The translations under genes and the position numbers were made by a program. Positions 9,632 to 19,979 of a stretch of 64,000 bases of DNA are shown here, in pieces. Numbering within the stretch: the first letter of the stretch is position 1; the number at the start of each line of letters is the position of its first letter. The stretch comes from Alphaproteobacteria bacterium (GTDB taxonomy: Bacteria > Pseudomonadota > Alphaproteobacteria > UBA828). Under the pieces are notes generated by a model. It was not told the origin of the DNA, made no database searches, and saw nothing but the letters and a program-made list of their open reading frames with translations. Where the stretch lies: contig CBDEFM010000002.1 in assembly GCA_965237415.1 (NCBI GenBank), forward strand, positions 2,240,001-2,304,000. Reading direction: 5' to 3'.

Positions 9632-10787
9632 TCGATACCGGACAGACCCGTCCCGCAGCGCCCGTATTCCGCTGCAAGCAACTGTAATTCCGAGAGTAAT
9701 CGACCCGAGACCGCCTCCGCGGACACAGCGGGCGGCGCCAGCGGCTCTCGTCGCTCCCGCAAGCTCCTCGGCGCCGCGTCCCGGCGCCCTGGGCCAAGCC
9801 GCTTCACCCGGGCGGTTCCGGTGCCGGAGCGCGCTTGCGGCCGTCCCCGGATTGGCCCTCAACTCACGGAACGGACCCTGGCGCCGCCGCCCTGAACCCA
9901 GCCAGGCGACCCCGGATGTCCGCACCTTGCGCGCTCCGCGTCCCGTCATGGTCCTGCCGCCTGTCGAAGACCTCCCGCCGCCGCTCGCCGGACCGACTCC
10001 ATTACCGCCGTCCGGGGCCGAAAGAAAATGCTTCCGCAGGGAGAATCCATGCCCGTGACGCATGCGCCCGCGCATCGTCCACCGCTTTGCGGTCCGTTCG
10101 TTCGCTGCCTCGTGCAGACCCGCTTCGCCGGTCATCGCCCCCGCATCCGTGCCGGGGCCGCCAGTCGCCCCGCGGTGGATGTCTCCTGCCATGCGCACCG
10201 TATGGCCGGTCTCCTCGCCGACGCCAGATACACTCGACGGAGGCGCGCGCGGACTGTGCCGTCCGCACCTTCGGTACAGTACGCACGCCACGCTGCCGGG
10301 CGCACCACGCGACGGCCCACTTCGTCCTGTCCGGAAGGCGCGCGAGCGAACGCCCGGCGAGTGTGGACGGCTTCACCGCCGTGCCGGTCCTTCGCGTTCC
10401 GGCGACGGCGAAACCGCAGATGACGTACCTTCTCTTCTCCACCATACCGCCGGTTCCTGTGCGGAGCCGCCGGGTGCATGTGCTCTACCGATCGATCTGA
10501 GGCGGCCGCCGCGACATTCAAGGCCCTCGCGCGCCACGGCTCTCGCCGGCACGCGACCTACTCCGGGGCGCTCTGACTCCGAGGCGACACGCGAGCGCCA
10601 CGAGCCGCCCCGCGGCGCTCTACCTCACCACCGCAACCTCCACGCCCGGAACGGCGGCCCGCTCCACCGGCACCGTTCGTCGTACGGCCGTTCCGGCCAC
10701 CGGTTGCATGGCGTTCGCGAAACCGGCACGCTCATCGCACGCGCACCGTTGTTGCCGAACCCGACCGCTGTTCGAGAGGACGAGACG

Positions 10788-11063
10788 ATGAACAAGGCCG
10801 AGCTCGCCTCGCACGTCGCCGCCGAGACGTCCGTGACCAGGGCCGACGCCCAGCGGATGGTCGAAGCCGTGTTCTCCGCCATCGGCGACGCGCTTGCGCG
10901 CGACGAGCCGGTGGCCATCGCGGGGTTCGGGAAGTTCGCCGTGCGCAGCCGCGCCGCACGTAGCGCCCGCAACCCGCAGACCGGCGAGCCCGTCGCGATC
11001 GCCGCCTCGAAGGCGCCGTCGTTCAAGGCTGCTAAGGCCCTTCGCGACGCGGTCAACGTCTAG
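10788..11063 (+). CDS. HU-family DNA-binding protein
   Basis: MNKAEL...IAGFGKF...ARNPQTGEPVAIAASKAPSFKA; 91 aa. Confidence 0.92.
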   Translation: MNKAELASHVAAETSVTRADAQRMVEAVFSAIGDALARDEPVAIAGFGKFAVRSRAARSARNPQTGEPVAIAASKAPSFKAAKALRDAVNV

Positions 11064-11217
11064 TGGGGCGGGCGAGGCGGTCCGGTTTCCGCCGTCCGCT
11101 CCGGCAACGCATCGGCCGCAGATACGCGCCGTCGCACTCGGCGCTACCCCAGCCAGGCGAACCATCGTCGCCCGGCGCGCGCCGCGCCCCGGGACGTTGG
11201 TCGCAGGGAGGAGACGT

Positions 11218-11693
11218 GGGGGATTTGTCGATTCAGTCAAACGTGCGAACATCTGCGCAGTACCGGCGCGGACATCGGATGCCTCCGGCGCAGCGACTCC
11301 TTATATGGGGAGACGCGAATTGGCTCCGACGACGCCAGTGCGCGTGAATGCGCAAGCCAAATACTCGCAGCGTTTCCGCGCCGCTTACGGCCAAAACCGC
11401 TCACGAGCCAGAGCACCGCGTTGTTTGGCAACCACGAAGTCCCCGGCGCCACGTATCGACCGGCCCCGAGAAGCTGCATATCCGCTCACCGTCACGTCCA
11501 TCGCACAAAGAAGACTTGGGGGCTTGGTCGATTCAGTCGAATGTGTCAAGATTTGCGCAGTCGACGCCCGGACATTGGATGCCCCCCAGCCCGGCGTCAC
11601 TTTACATGGGGAGACGCGAATTGGCTCCAACGACAGCAGTACGCGCGCGTGCACAGGCCGAACACGCAAGACGTTTCCCCGCTGCTTACGGCC
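11218..11693. repeat. Two diverged ~175-bp direct repeats, ~300 bp apart
   Basis: Copies at ~11218-11392 and ~11518-11693 share GTCGATTCAGTC, TGCGCAGT, ATGGGGAGACGCGAATTGGCTCC and GCTTACGGCCA in the same order. Confidence 0.75.
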
Positions 11694-11847
11694 ACCATCG
11701 GTCATGATAACCCATTGAGTCTCATGTACTTTCTCCATACTATGGACAGAGGATTCCAGACATCATTGGCGGCACCACACCTCGGTACGGATGTACGTTA
11801 GGATCGGCTCGCAGTCATGACGTTTTCTTGATTGGAGGAAGCCCATA

Positions 11848-13779
11848 ATGGTCCAACGTAACCAGACAAGTTCCTCATCGAAGAAGCGAGTGAAATCAAC
11901 CACGTCCGCAAGTCCTTTTTCAAAACTAGACCCAACTCTGTTGTTTGCCGCCAGCCATACGAATTCTGAACACACGCATGGGAAAATCGACAAATCGACT
12001 CCGGATGCACACGCTGAAATCTCAAAAGTCGAAATTGGCATTTATTCCTTAGCCGATCGAATGTCAGTGAGAGCAGCAAGTGATTATGTCCAAAGAGACC
12101 TTGTTCCGGTACTGATTGAAGGCAGAAACTGCACCGATATAGAAAAGAAAGTGAAGTCACTCGGTGGGACCGCAATACCGTTGACGTCAACGAAAGCGGC
12201 CGTGAGGATTCCGCGCAACAAGCTAAACGCTCTGGCGCGTCACGCGAGCGTGAGTTATGTAGAAGCCAGCACCCTCCTCAAACCAACATGCGATCTGGCG
12301 CACGAATCGACGGGACTTTTGGGCGACAGCGGGTTCACCGTATCTGAGACTGGTCGCGGAGTCTTGGTTGGTGTCGTCGACACCGGTATCGACGTTGCAC
12401 ACCCAGCTTTCCGAACCAACGGCTCAACACGCATCGTGAACTATCTGGACCAGGACGTGGGCCACGAATTCACAGAAGCCGACATCAATGCCGGAAGAGC
12501 CAATGGTTCGCTGGACGTTTGCGGTCACGGGACTCACGTCGCGGGAATCGCTGCCGGAAATGGCTCTGGATCACCCAACAAGAATTGGCGCGGCGTTGCA
12601 CATGAGGCAGATTTGGCCATTGTCAAGACGACTTTTGACACCGCGGATATCGCCGTTGCAATCAAGCACATTTTCAGTGTCGCTGACAGTCGGAATCAGC
12701 CCTGCGTGGTGAACCTTAGCCTCGGGGGACATTTCGGTGCCCACGATGGCTCTTCAGTTGTCGAGCGCATGATTGACGACCTTTCAGGGGACGGCCGTGT
12801 CGTGGTTGTATCCGCCGGTAACGAAGGTGGTGACGCAATACACGCGAGTACAACGCTACGGAGCCAGCTTGCACCGCCGGATCGATGGGTGGCGGACCTT
12901 AGGATCAATCAGCGCACCTTCCAAACTCGCACTGGCCCAATGAATGCTGGGTTGGTTCGTGTACAGGTGTGGCATCAGCGGGAAGATGCGGTATCGATAT
13001 CCCTACGTTCTCCAACCGGTAGTCGGTTTCAAGCTCCGCCAAACACTAAGAAGGACTTCAATCTCGGAGACATTTTTGTCGAAGCAAGTCATCAACAACA
13101 TCCCTACAGCCAAGATCACTCTACTTCCTTTTTTGTTGTTACCGACCCCAAGCCATCTCTTCTGAAGGGCTGGAGTATCATCGCAGAAGATGATCAAGGA
13201 AGCGGTGGCGTCAAGGCGGGCCGCCTCCATGCATGGATTATGGACACCGCGATGGGACATTTCACAAACGGGTCGGTGGCATCGCATTTGATTGGAATGC
13301 CTGGAACATCGTTTTCTGCGGTGACCGTGGCGGCTTACGCTTCACGACGGGAGTGGCCGAGTCAGGCACCGAATGAGCCCGGTGGAATCTTCCGCGCGTC
13401 CGCAATGAATGTTAGCGACATTTCATATTTCAGCAGCACCGGTCCTACCAGAGACGGCCACAACAAGCCCGAGGTCGCCGGACCAGGTCAGTACCTTCTA
13501 GCCCCACTTTCCAGTAACGCGACAGGGACTCCGGCATACCAGCGCGTTCCAAATCGTCCATACGCCGCAAAGCAAGGAACAAGCATGTCAGCACCATACG
13601 TGGCCGGTGCAGTCGCACTATTGCTGGAAAAGAATGGGAATTTGAACTGGTCGGAAATCAAACGACGCCTTATTAAATCTGCTAGCCAGGATGAGTTTAC
13701 GCAACCTTGCTGGAACCCGCGATGGGGATACGGTCGCTTGAATGTTCAACGCCTCCTAGAAATTGACCCGGGGAGTTAA
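11848..13779 (+). CDS. S8 subtilisin-like serine peptidase with prodomain and internal insertion (Csp-like architecture)
   Basis: Catalytic triad motifs GVVDTG, HGTHVAGIAAG and GTSMSAP, plus oxyanion SAGNEG; no obvious signal peptide. Confidence 0.9.
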   Translation: MVQRNQTSSSSKKRVKSTTSASPFSKLDPTLLFAASHTNSEHTHGKIDKSTPDAHAEISKVEIGIYSLADRMSVRAASDYVQRDLVPVLIEGRNCTDIEKKVKSLGGTAIPLTSTKAAVRIPRNKLNALARHASVSYVEASTLLKPTCDLAHESTGLLGDSGFTVSETGRGVLVGVVDTGIDVAHPAFRTNGSTRIVNYLDQDVGHEFTEADINAGRANGSLDVCGHGTHVAGIAAGNGSGSPNKNWRGVAHEADLAIVKTTFDTADIAVAIKHIFSVADSRNQPCVVNLSLGGHFGAHDGSSVVERMIDDLSGDGRVVVVSAGNEGGDAIHASTTLRSQLAPPDRWVADLRINQRTFQTRTGPMNAGLVRVQVWHQREDAVSISLRSPTGSRFQAPPNTKKDFNLGDIFVEASHQQHPYSQDHSTSFFVVTDPKPSLLKGWSIIAEDDQGSGGVKAGRLHAWIMDTAMGHFTNGSVASHLIGMPGTSFSAVTVAAYASRREWPSQAPNEPGGIFRASAMNVSDISYFSSTGPTRDGHNKPEVAGPGQYLLAPLSSNATGTPAYQRVPNRPYAAKQGTSMSAPYVAGAVALLLEKNGNLNWSEIKRRLIKSASQDEFTQPCWNPRWGYGRLNVQRLLEIDPGS

Positions 13780-13782
13780 GCG

Positions 13783-14061
13783 ATGGCTGGAACGTTGCGA
13801 ACATTATTCGATGGGGGCAAGCCGAACACGGAGGATACTCGGGTTGTCAAGGTTCTCGTGTCGCTGAAGTCGCCACCGGACGAAACATGCCTAGCCAGCA
13901 TCGAGATGAGAGGTCTTTACATAAGGTCGATCAACGGAAATAAGTTAATCGGCGAGATCTCTTCGCAGCATATGGCGACGCTTGAAGAACACGATGCGGT
14001 GGTCTATGTGGAGCGCTCGGTAAAGCTGCAGCCGACGGACGTTTCTAAAATGCAAGGATGA
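13783..14061 (+). CDS. Small protein resembling the subtilase prodomain (putative inhibitor/chaperone)
   Basis: Its LEEHDAVVYVERSVKLQP aligns with LARHASVSYVEASTLLKP in the S8 N-terminus; starts 3 bp after the S8 stop. Confidence 0.6.
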   Translation: MAGTLRTLFDGGKPNTEDTRVVKVLVSLKSPPDETCLASIEMRGLYIRSINGNKLIGEISSQHMATLEEHDAVVYVERSVKLQPTDVSKMQG

Positions 14062-14391
14062 CCGGAGCTCGTAGAGAACCCAATGCCTGATTGTGCGCGC
14101 GTGTTCCTCCTCCACAGCGAGAACAGCCACACCACCTAGATCTGGTCCGGCTCCTCGGTGAACATGATCGCTGACTGCGCAAACTCCACCAGACACAAGC
14201 CCGACGAGGTTACTCTCCAGCCGCACTTTGAACGCCTAATGCTCACTTCGTGGGGACTCGGCGGGCATGACAAGTTGGTCGGAATGACGGAGGAAGAGTT
14301 CGTTGGTTCAACACAGAGCCGCCATCGCCATTAGTCCAGCCATTCAACAGCAGGCACATTACGGGACATACTCAAGCCGAGGACATACTCC

Positions 14392-15666
14392 ATGAGCGGT
14401 CTGGCCTATGCACCACCTGCGTTTGTAAATGCCGACGGTCAGCGAGTCATATTTGTTGACTTTGCCCATGCAAAGTACCATCTTGAATTCGACGTCAGAG
14501 CATGCCACGCCTCTGCCTTCTCCCAGATCACCTTTGCTGCGGACGCCGAAGGTCTGCCCGCTATAAGCATTAATCAACCTGTGATCTCCGCGTGTCTCGA
14601 CGGACGTGACGTCAAGTTAATCGATCAATACTCGCCAGATGGCCAGACATCGTTCAAGATTCTGTCTACGCCCGTCTCCCCAGGCATTCACGTGCTTGGC
14701 ATCAAAAGCGAGCTTACAAACGAAGGCCCGTACGGACACCCAATTGCATGGCTGTCCGACCCTGAAGGCATTGATTGCACTTTTCACATGTCTGATCTTC
14801 GTCGGGCGAACGGTGGCTATCTCGAGTCATTTTTGCCATCAAACCATAACTTTGATCATTTTCGAATGTCACTTTCCGTAAGGATCTTCGGCACAAGAGC
14901 AAACTATTCGGTGTTTTCCAATGGCTCCGTTTCCAATCCCTTCCGTGGAAGCTGGCATGTCGAGTTTCCGGCTTTCTTTAGCAGCTCCTGTCCTTGGTTT
15001 CATCTCTGTCCTGCCGAAAAGTATCATGACCACCCGGTGACATTCTCTTCCCCAGAAGGACGCACAATACCCATAACAATTTACACAGAATCAATCGAAC
15101 GATCCAAGGTTGTTTTGCAGGATTTTGCTGACGAAGCTAAGAAGATCCTCTCTGACCTCGAATCGAAGTTCGGCCCCTTTCCACATGACTCACTCGTCAT
15201 CTTCGCGAGACAGGACAAGCAGATCGCTATGGAATACGCTGGCGCCACAGCCACATATCTCGATGCACTTCGCCACGAGCTAGACCACAGCTATTTCGCC
15301 AGGTGCGTTATACCTGCCAACGGAGATGCAGGCTGGATTGACGAAGCTATCGCTAGTTGGGGGGATGAGGGTTATCTTCCGTCAGAAAATCTACCGGATC
15401 GAACAGCTAATCTTGGTGGTCGCTCGCCGTACATCCGGACTACGAGCCGAGATGCATACACGGTTGGACGAGACTTTCTCGCGTATCTGGACCATCTTCT
15501 CCGAGGCCGTGGCGGTCTCAAACCGTTTCTCAAGCAGTACGCATTTCAGAAGCGCCACCAATCAGTCACTACGTCCGAGTTCCAAGAGTTGGTGGAAGAC
15601 TACCATGGTTCTTCTCTTCAACAGCTCTTCGAAACCTATGTCTATACGGAACACACGAGTCCATAG
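14392..15666 (+). CDS. M1-like gluzincin zinc metallopeptidase
   Basis: AMEY exopeptidase-like motif, HELDH and a downstream WIDEA glutamate. Confidence 0.8.
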   Translation: MSGLAYAPPAFVNADGQRVIFVDFAHAKYHLEFDVRACHASAFSQITFAADAEGLPAISINQPVISACLDGRDVKLIDQYSPDGQTSFKILSTPVSPGIHVLGIKSELTNEGPYGHPIAWLSDPEGIDCTFHMSDLRRANGGYLESFLPSNHNFDHFRMSLSVRIFGTRANYSVFSNGSVSNPFRGSWHVEFPAFFSSSCPWFHLCPAEKYHDHPVTFSSPEGRTIPITIYTESIERSKVVLQDFADEAKKILSDLESKFGPFPHDSLVIFARQDKQIAMEYAGATATYLDALRHELDHSYFARCVIPANGDAGWIDEAIASWGDEGYLPSENLPDRTANLGGRSPYIRTTSRDAYTVGRDFLAYLDHLLRGRGGLKPFLKQYAFQKRHQSVTTSEFQELVEDYHGSSLQQLFETYVYTEHTSP

Positions 15667-15776
15667 GGGAGGGATTAGGGTTCTAGTGAAGGGAGGACTT
15701 CGCCACAGATCATCCTCGTCACCTGAATCTGAAGTTCGTTACATAGCGATGTTTCCGTTGCACGATCAAATTTCTT

Positions 15777-16807
15777 CCTAATTACCCTTGAATCTAAGCT
15801 ACACTTAGTATAGAATATCGCCATGTAATTACCTGATAGAAAAGGAAAATTCCATGGCGCGCAACCCGGTACAGTTCCAGAAAGGAATCAGCCTCAACGA
15901 ATTCCTCTCGCTCTACGGCACCGAAGACCAATGCTTTGACGCCCTGTATCAATGGCGATGGCCCAATGGGTTTCTGTGCCCGCACTGTGGCCACGACCGA
16001 TGCTGCCAACTCAACAGCCGCAAGCTCCAACAGTGCAATCGCTGCCACCGCCAGACCTCGATCACCGCAGGAACCATCTTCGACTCCACCAAGCTGCCCC
16101 TGACGGTGTGGTTTCAGGCCATCTACCTCATGACCCAGGACAAGAAAGGGGTCTCGGCGATGAAGCTGCACCGCCATCTGGGTATCTCCTACAACGCCGC
16201 GTGGCGCATCAGACACAAGCTGATGCAGGTGATGATGGAGCGCGACCGCGAGCACCCGCTCAGCGGGTGGATCCAGCTCGACGACGCCTATCTCGGCGGC
16301 GAGCGAAGCGGCGGCAAGCGCGGTCGTGGCGCGCCCGGCAAGACGCCCTTTGTCGCCGCCGTCCAGACCAACGAGCAGGGACACCCGTTGCGCATGAAGC
16401 TCACCGTCGTGGAGGGCTTCCGTCTCACCGAAATCGCCGCCTGGGCGCAGCTCCACCTCGGTACAGGCACTCGGGTCGTCTCCGATGGGTTGGCCTGCTT
16501 TCATGGCGTCACCGCGGCGGGCTGCGTTCATGACCCGGTGGTGGTGGGCAGCGGGAAAGCCGCTGTTGAGCGCCCCGAGTTTCGATGGGTGAATACGATT
16601 CTCGGCAACATCAAGAACGCCTTGCGCGGCACCTACCATGCGATTCGTCCCAAGTATGCTCAGCGATATCTCTCGGAGTTCGAGTATCGTTTCAATCGTC
16701 GCTTCGACTTGCCTGACATCATCCCGAGACTTGTCTACGTGGCGCTCAGGACACCGCCGATGCCGGAACGGCTACTCAAGTTACGCTTAGCTTGAGTGGT
16801 AATTAGG
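15777..16807 (+). mobile_element. IS1595-family insertion sequence (intact)
   Basis: TIRs CCTAATTACC...CTAAGC / GCTTAG...GGTAATTAGG; 8-bp TSD AATTTCTT at 15769-15776 and 16808-16815. Confidence 0.93.
15854..16795 (+). CDS. IS1595-family transposase
   Basis: Zn ribbon CPHC...CNRC, QLDDAYLGG, SDG and YLSEFEYRFNRR. Confidence 0.93.
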   Translation: MARNPVQFQKGISLNEFLSLYGTEDQCFDALYQWRWPNGFLCPHCGHDRCCQLNSRKLQQCNRCHRQTSITAGTIFDSTKLPLTVWFQAIYLMTQDKKGVSAMKLHRHLGISYNAAWRIRHKLMQVMMERDREHPLSGWIQLDDAYLGGERSGGKRGRGAPGKTPFVAAVQTNEQGHPLRMKLTVVEGFRLTEIAAWAQLHLGTGTRVVSDGLACFHGVTAAGCVHDPVVVGSGKAAVERPEFRWVNTILGNIKNALRGTYHAIRPKYAQRYLSEFEYRFNRRFDLPDIIPRLVYVALRTPPMPERLLKLRLA

Positions 16808-16984
16808 AATTTCTTTACAATGGAGCGACTTAGTGAGGCGACACTGCTAACCAATAACGAATTCTACTTCAGTGTCAGGAGACTAGGGCCGCGACGACAA
16901 AAGTCGGGTCGCTTCCGGTTCGCTGTCGCACACAATCTCGTTTCATAAGCTAAGCACGGACCAATGCGATGCCGGAGGATGGGT

Positions 16985-18120
16985 TGTCAAGGGCGGAGAG
17001 AAACCAGACCAAAGGGCGGAGCAAAACACTGCCACCGCAGCCGTGGGGGTGAGGTGGTCCGAGGGGGTCGGGATTCGGCTTGGGGCGGCGGGAGCCGGAA
17101 ACGCAGGGAGGGCGTAGCCCGACCGGAGTTTCCGGCTGACGACGGTATGGTGATCAGCCCGCGGGGGCCATTTTCCGCGCGCGGCTGTGGTTGAGGCGGA
17201 AGCTTTCCCCGTTCATTTCGAGGATATGGACATGATGGGTAAGGCGGTCGAGCAGCGCCCCGGTCAGGCGCTCCGAGCCGAACGTCTCGGTCCATTCGTC
17301 GAAGGGAAGATTCGAGGTGATGAGGACCGCCGCGCGCTCGTAGCGTTGCGAGACGAGTTCGAACAGCAGCTCCGCCCCGGTCTTCGATAACGGGACGAAC
17401 CCCAGCTCGTCGATGATGAGCAGCTTGTGGTTGGCGAGCTGTTTCTGCAGTCGCAACACCCGTCGTTCGTCGCGCGCCTCCATGAGCTCGTGCACGAGCG
17501 CCGCGGCGGTGACGAAGCGTACTGACATTCCTTGCTGGCATGCGGCCAATCCCAGCCCTTGGGCCACGTGACTCTTCCCCGTCCCGCTCGGCCCCAGAGC
17601 GATCACGTTCTCGCGACGCTCGATCCATTCGCACCGGGCGAGTTCCAGGACCTGGGTGTTGTTCACCGAAGGGATGGCCTTGAACTCGAAGCTGTCGAGG
17701 CTCTTGACGGTGGGGAACTTCGCCGCCTTGATGCGCCGCTCGACCAGGCGCCGTTCACGGTCGATGAGCTCGAGCTCGACCAGGCGCGAGAGGAACTGGA
17801 CGTGGTCCAGGCCCTCTTGCGCCGACTGGCGCGCCACCTTCTCGTACTCGCGAAGGAACGTCGGGAGCTTGAGCATCTTGAGCCGATGTTCGAGCAGGAT
17901 CCGGGGCGGCTCGCTCATCACGCACCTCCGGACATCAAGCACAGGTAGCTCGCGGCGGAGGTCTTGGCGACGTTAGCCTTGGGAAGGTACGGATAGACGT
18001 CGAGGTCGAGCCGGGGCGGGCGCTTCTCGACCCGGCACAGGACCAGGTGCTTGACCGCATCGAAGCCAATGGCGCCCAAACGAAGGGCGTGCTTGACGGC
18101 CGCGTGCACGTCGTCCATCC
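16985..18120 (-). mobile_element. Right part of an IS21-family element (end, istB, istA 3' fragment)
   Basis: Terminus TGTCAAGGGCGG with a repeated AAGGGCGGAG; the istA tail RPPRLDLDVYPYLP overlaps istB via TGATG. Confidence 0.82.
17154..17918 (-). CDS. istB: IS21 helper ATPase IstB
   Basis: GPSGTGKS Walker A, LLIIDELGF Walker B, ITSNLPF and ALLDRLTHH. Confidence 0.93.
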   Translation of the reverse strand: MSEPPRILLEHRLKMLKLPTFLREYEKVARQSAQEGLDHVQFLSRLVELELIDRERRLVERRIKAAKFPTVKSLDSFEFKAIPSVNNTQVLELARCEWIERRENVIALGPSGTGKSHVAQGLGLAACQQGMSVRFVTAAALVHELMEARDERRVLRLQKQLANHKLLIIDELGFVPLSKTGAELLFELVSQRYERAAVLITSNLPFDEWTETFGSERLTGALLDRLTHHVHILEMNGESFRLNHSRARKMAPAG

Positions 18121-19621
18121 GGCTCCTCCCTTGGGTTCCGCCCCGCATAGCGCTGACGGCAAATCGTTGGTCCGGCCACGGGTGTCGGATTTCCAGCCTG
18201 GGCCAATAGGTCTTGGTCAGTGCCGTGATATCGGCCCATGTCGTGCGGTCCTTCTGCGACCGTAGGCGTAGCGTGCGCAGCCACAGACGCTTCAGGCGGC
18301 TCGCAAAACGGTCGAGGTATCGGTAGCTGTTCGGGACTGCGTAGAAGTTGAGCCATCCGTCGAGCACCTTCCCCAGCCATCTTGCCGTCGCTTTGGACTT
18401 GCAGTGCATCCGCCAGCGTAGCGCCTCCTTGATCCGCTTCAGTGTCCGGCTCATCCGGCTCGCGACCGGTTTGCGCCCCAACTGGAATCTCCCTCGTCTG
18501 TCCTTCGCGCAGTAGTGCGTGAAGCCCAGAAAGTCGAAGGTCTCCGGTCTGCCCTGCCCTCGTTGCCGACGGTCTTTCAGGGCAAACCGCCCGAACTCGA
18601 TGAGCCGGGTCTTGTCGGGGTGTATGTCCAGCTCGAACCTTCCGAACCGCTCCTTTACGGCGTTCAGGAAGCGCTCCGCGTCCCGCTTGTGCTGAAAACC
18701 CACCACGAAATCATCGGCGTACCGCGCGATGATTGCGTCGCCTTCGACCTCGTGGCTGCGCCACTTCTTCTGGAACCACAAGTCAAGGACATAGTGCAGG
18801 TAGATGTTCGCGAGAATCGGTGAAGCCACCGACCCTTGCGGCGTCCCCCGCAGGTTGTCCCTCCACTCTCCAGCTTCCATGACGCCGGCGTTCAACCATT
18901 TGATGATGAGCCTGATAACCCGCTTGTCCCCTATGCGATGCTCAAGGAACCGGACCAGCCAGCCCCTCGACACGCTGTCGAAGAACGCGCGGATGTCACA
19001 GTCCACCACCCAGTTGATCTTGCGCCGCTTGATGCCGACCGCGAGGGCATCGAGCGCATCATGCGCACCCCGCCCGGGCCGGAACCCGTAGCTGAACCCC
19101 AGGAACTCCGCCTCGTAAATCGGCGTCAGGATTATCTCCGTCACCGCCTTCTGGACTATCTTGTCCTCTATGGCCGCGACGCCGAGCGGTCGTGTGCCGC
19201 CATCCGGCTTCGGGATGTTCACCCGCCGTGATGGCGTCGCCCGGTACGCTCCCGAGTGCACGCGGTCGTGAAGGTCGGCCAAACGGCCTTCCAGCCCTTC
19301 CTCGTACATCCGCCACGTCATGCCATCCGCGCCTGCCGCCACGTCCCTCTTCAACGCGAAGAACGCCCAGCGTAGCGCTTCGACCGTGACATGGTGGAGA
19401 AGCGCCGTCAGACGCTCCCGTGGCTCCCGTTGTACAAATTGCCGTATCCGGTCAGCCGCCTGTGTCACGCTTTCCCGGTGCTGCGCCCGGCGCGTGCTTT
19501 GGCTTTCCAGATTCCCCTTGGGCTCGGTCCTTGGCTCCATCGGCTCCGCCGGGACTGGCGTCCCTTTGTTCGCCGACTTCACGGCTACTATGACCGAGTC
19601 AGACTTCTCCATGCCGTTCAT
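17918..19621 (-). CDS. ltrA: Group II intron reverse transcriptase/maturase, fused in frame to an IstA C-terminal fragment
   Basis: IPKPDGGTRPLG, SYGFRPGR, GTPQGS, RYADDF and FDFLGFTH motifs; no En domain. Confidence 0.9.
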   Translation of the reverse strand: MNGMEKSDSVIVAVKSANKGTPVPAEPMEPRTEPKGNLESQSTRRAQHRESVTQAADRIRQFVQREPRERLTALLHHVTVEALRWAFFALKRDVAAGADGMTWRMYEEGLEGRLADLHDRVHSGAYRATPSRRVNIPKPDGGTRPLGVAAIEDKIVQKAVTEIILTPIYEAEFLGFSYGFRPGRGAHDALDALAVGIKRRKINWVVDCDIRAFFDSVSRGWLVRFLEHRIGDKRVIRLIIKWLNAGVMEAGEWRDNLRGTPQGSVASPILANIYLHYVLDLWFQKKWRSHEVEGDAIIARYADDFVVGFQHKRDAERFLNAVKERFGRFELDIHPDKTRLIEFGRFALKDRRQRGQGRPETFDFLGFTHYCAKDRRGRFQLGRKPVASRMSRTLKRIKEALRWRMHCKSKATARWLGKVLDGWLNFYAVPNSYRYLDRFASRLKRLWLRTLRLRSQKDRTTWADITALTKTYWPRLEIRHPWPDQRFAVSAMRGGTQGRSRMDDVHAAVKHALRLGAIGFDAVKHLVLCRVEKRPPRLDLDVYPYLPKANVAKTSAASYLCLMSGGA

Positions 19622-19979
19622 CTTCGGTTACGGATTTCTCCTTTCCTCAGCGATCCCGCCACAACAGCGGGATGGCATGGAGACCTCCCAGGTCCCGGTG
19701 CAGTGCATACGTACGTGCATGGGTTCTCAGACACCGCGGGATTCTGACCCCCCTCGCCATATCGGTGGGCCTGATGCTACCTTCGGCCTATGAAAAAGCC
19801 TCGGCATCCCGGATGAATCTCTTTCGGTGCTCAATAGCCCTGCCCACACGCGCCCCTGTCAACGCTTAACCCCTATCCTCGCAGATGGCGGCCCATGACT
19901 CGGGGTGGAAGTGGTGGCTTGCCTTCTCCTTCCCGCCGGACTTTCACCGGCTGCACTGGCACCAGTTAGCCTGGCGCTC
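18118..19979 (-). mobile_element. Group II intron, truncated at the start of domain V
   Basis: 5' RNA begins GAGCGCCAGG with domain I-like AAGCGTTGACAGGGG and GCTATTGAGC; RT ORF follows; GAGCCGGATG (DV start) runs straight into istA sequence. Confidence 0.8.

Noticed and set aside
9640-10780. Coding genes between the palindromic promoter and HU
   Set aside because: The overlapping Arg/Pro/Ala-rich ORFs have no recognisable domain, so I cannot support any call.
17918-19621. Retron, DGR or defence-associated RT
   Set aside because: The motifs and flanking RNA are group II intron type; no TR/VR pair or msr-msd repeats were seen.
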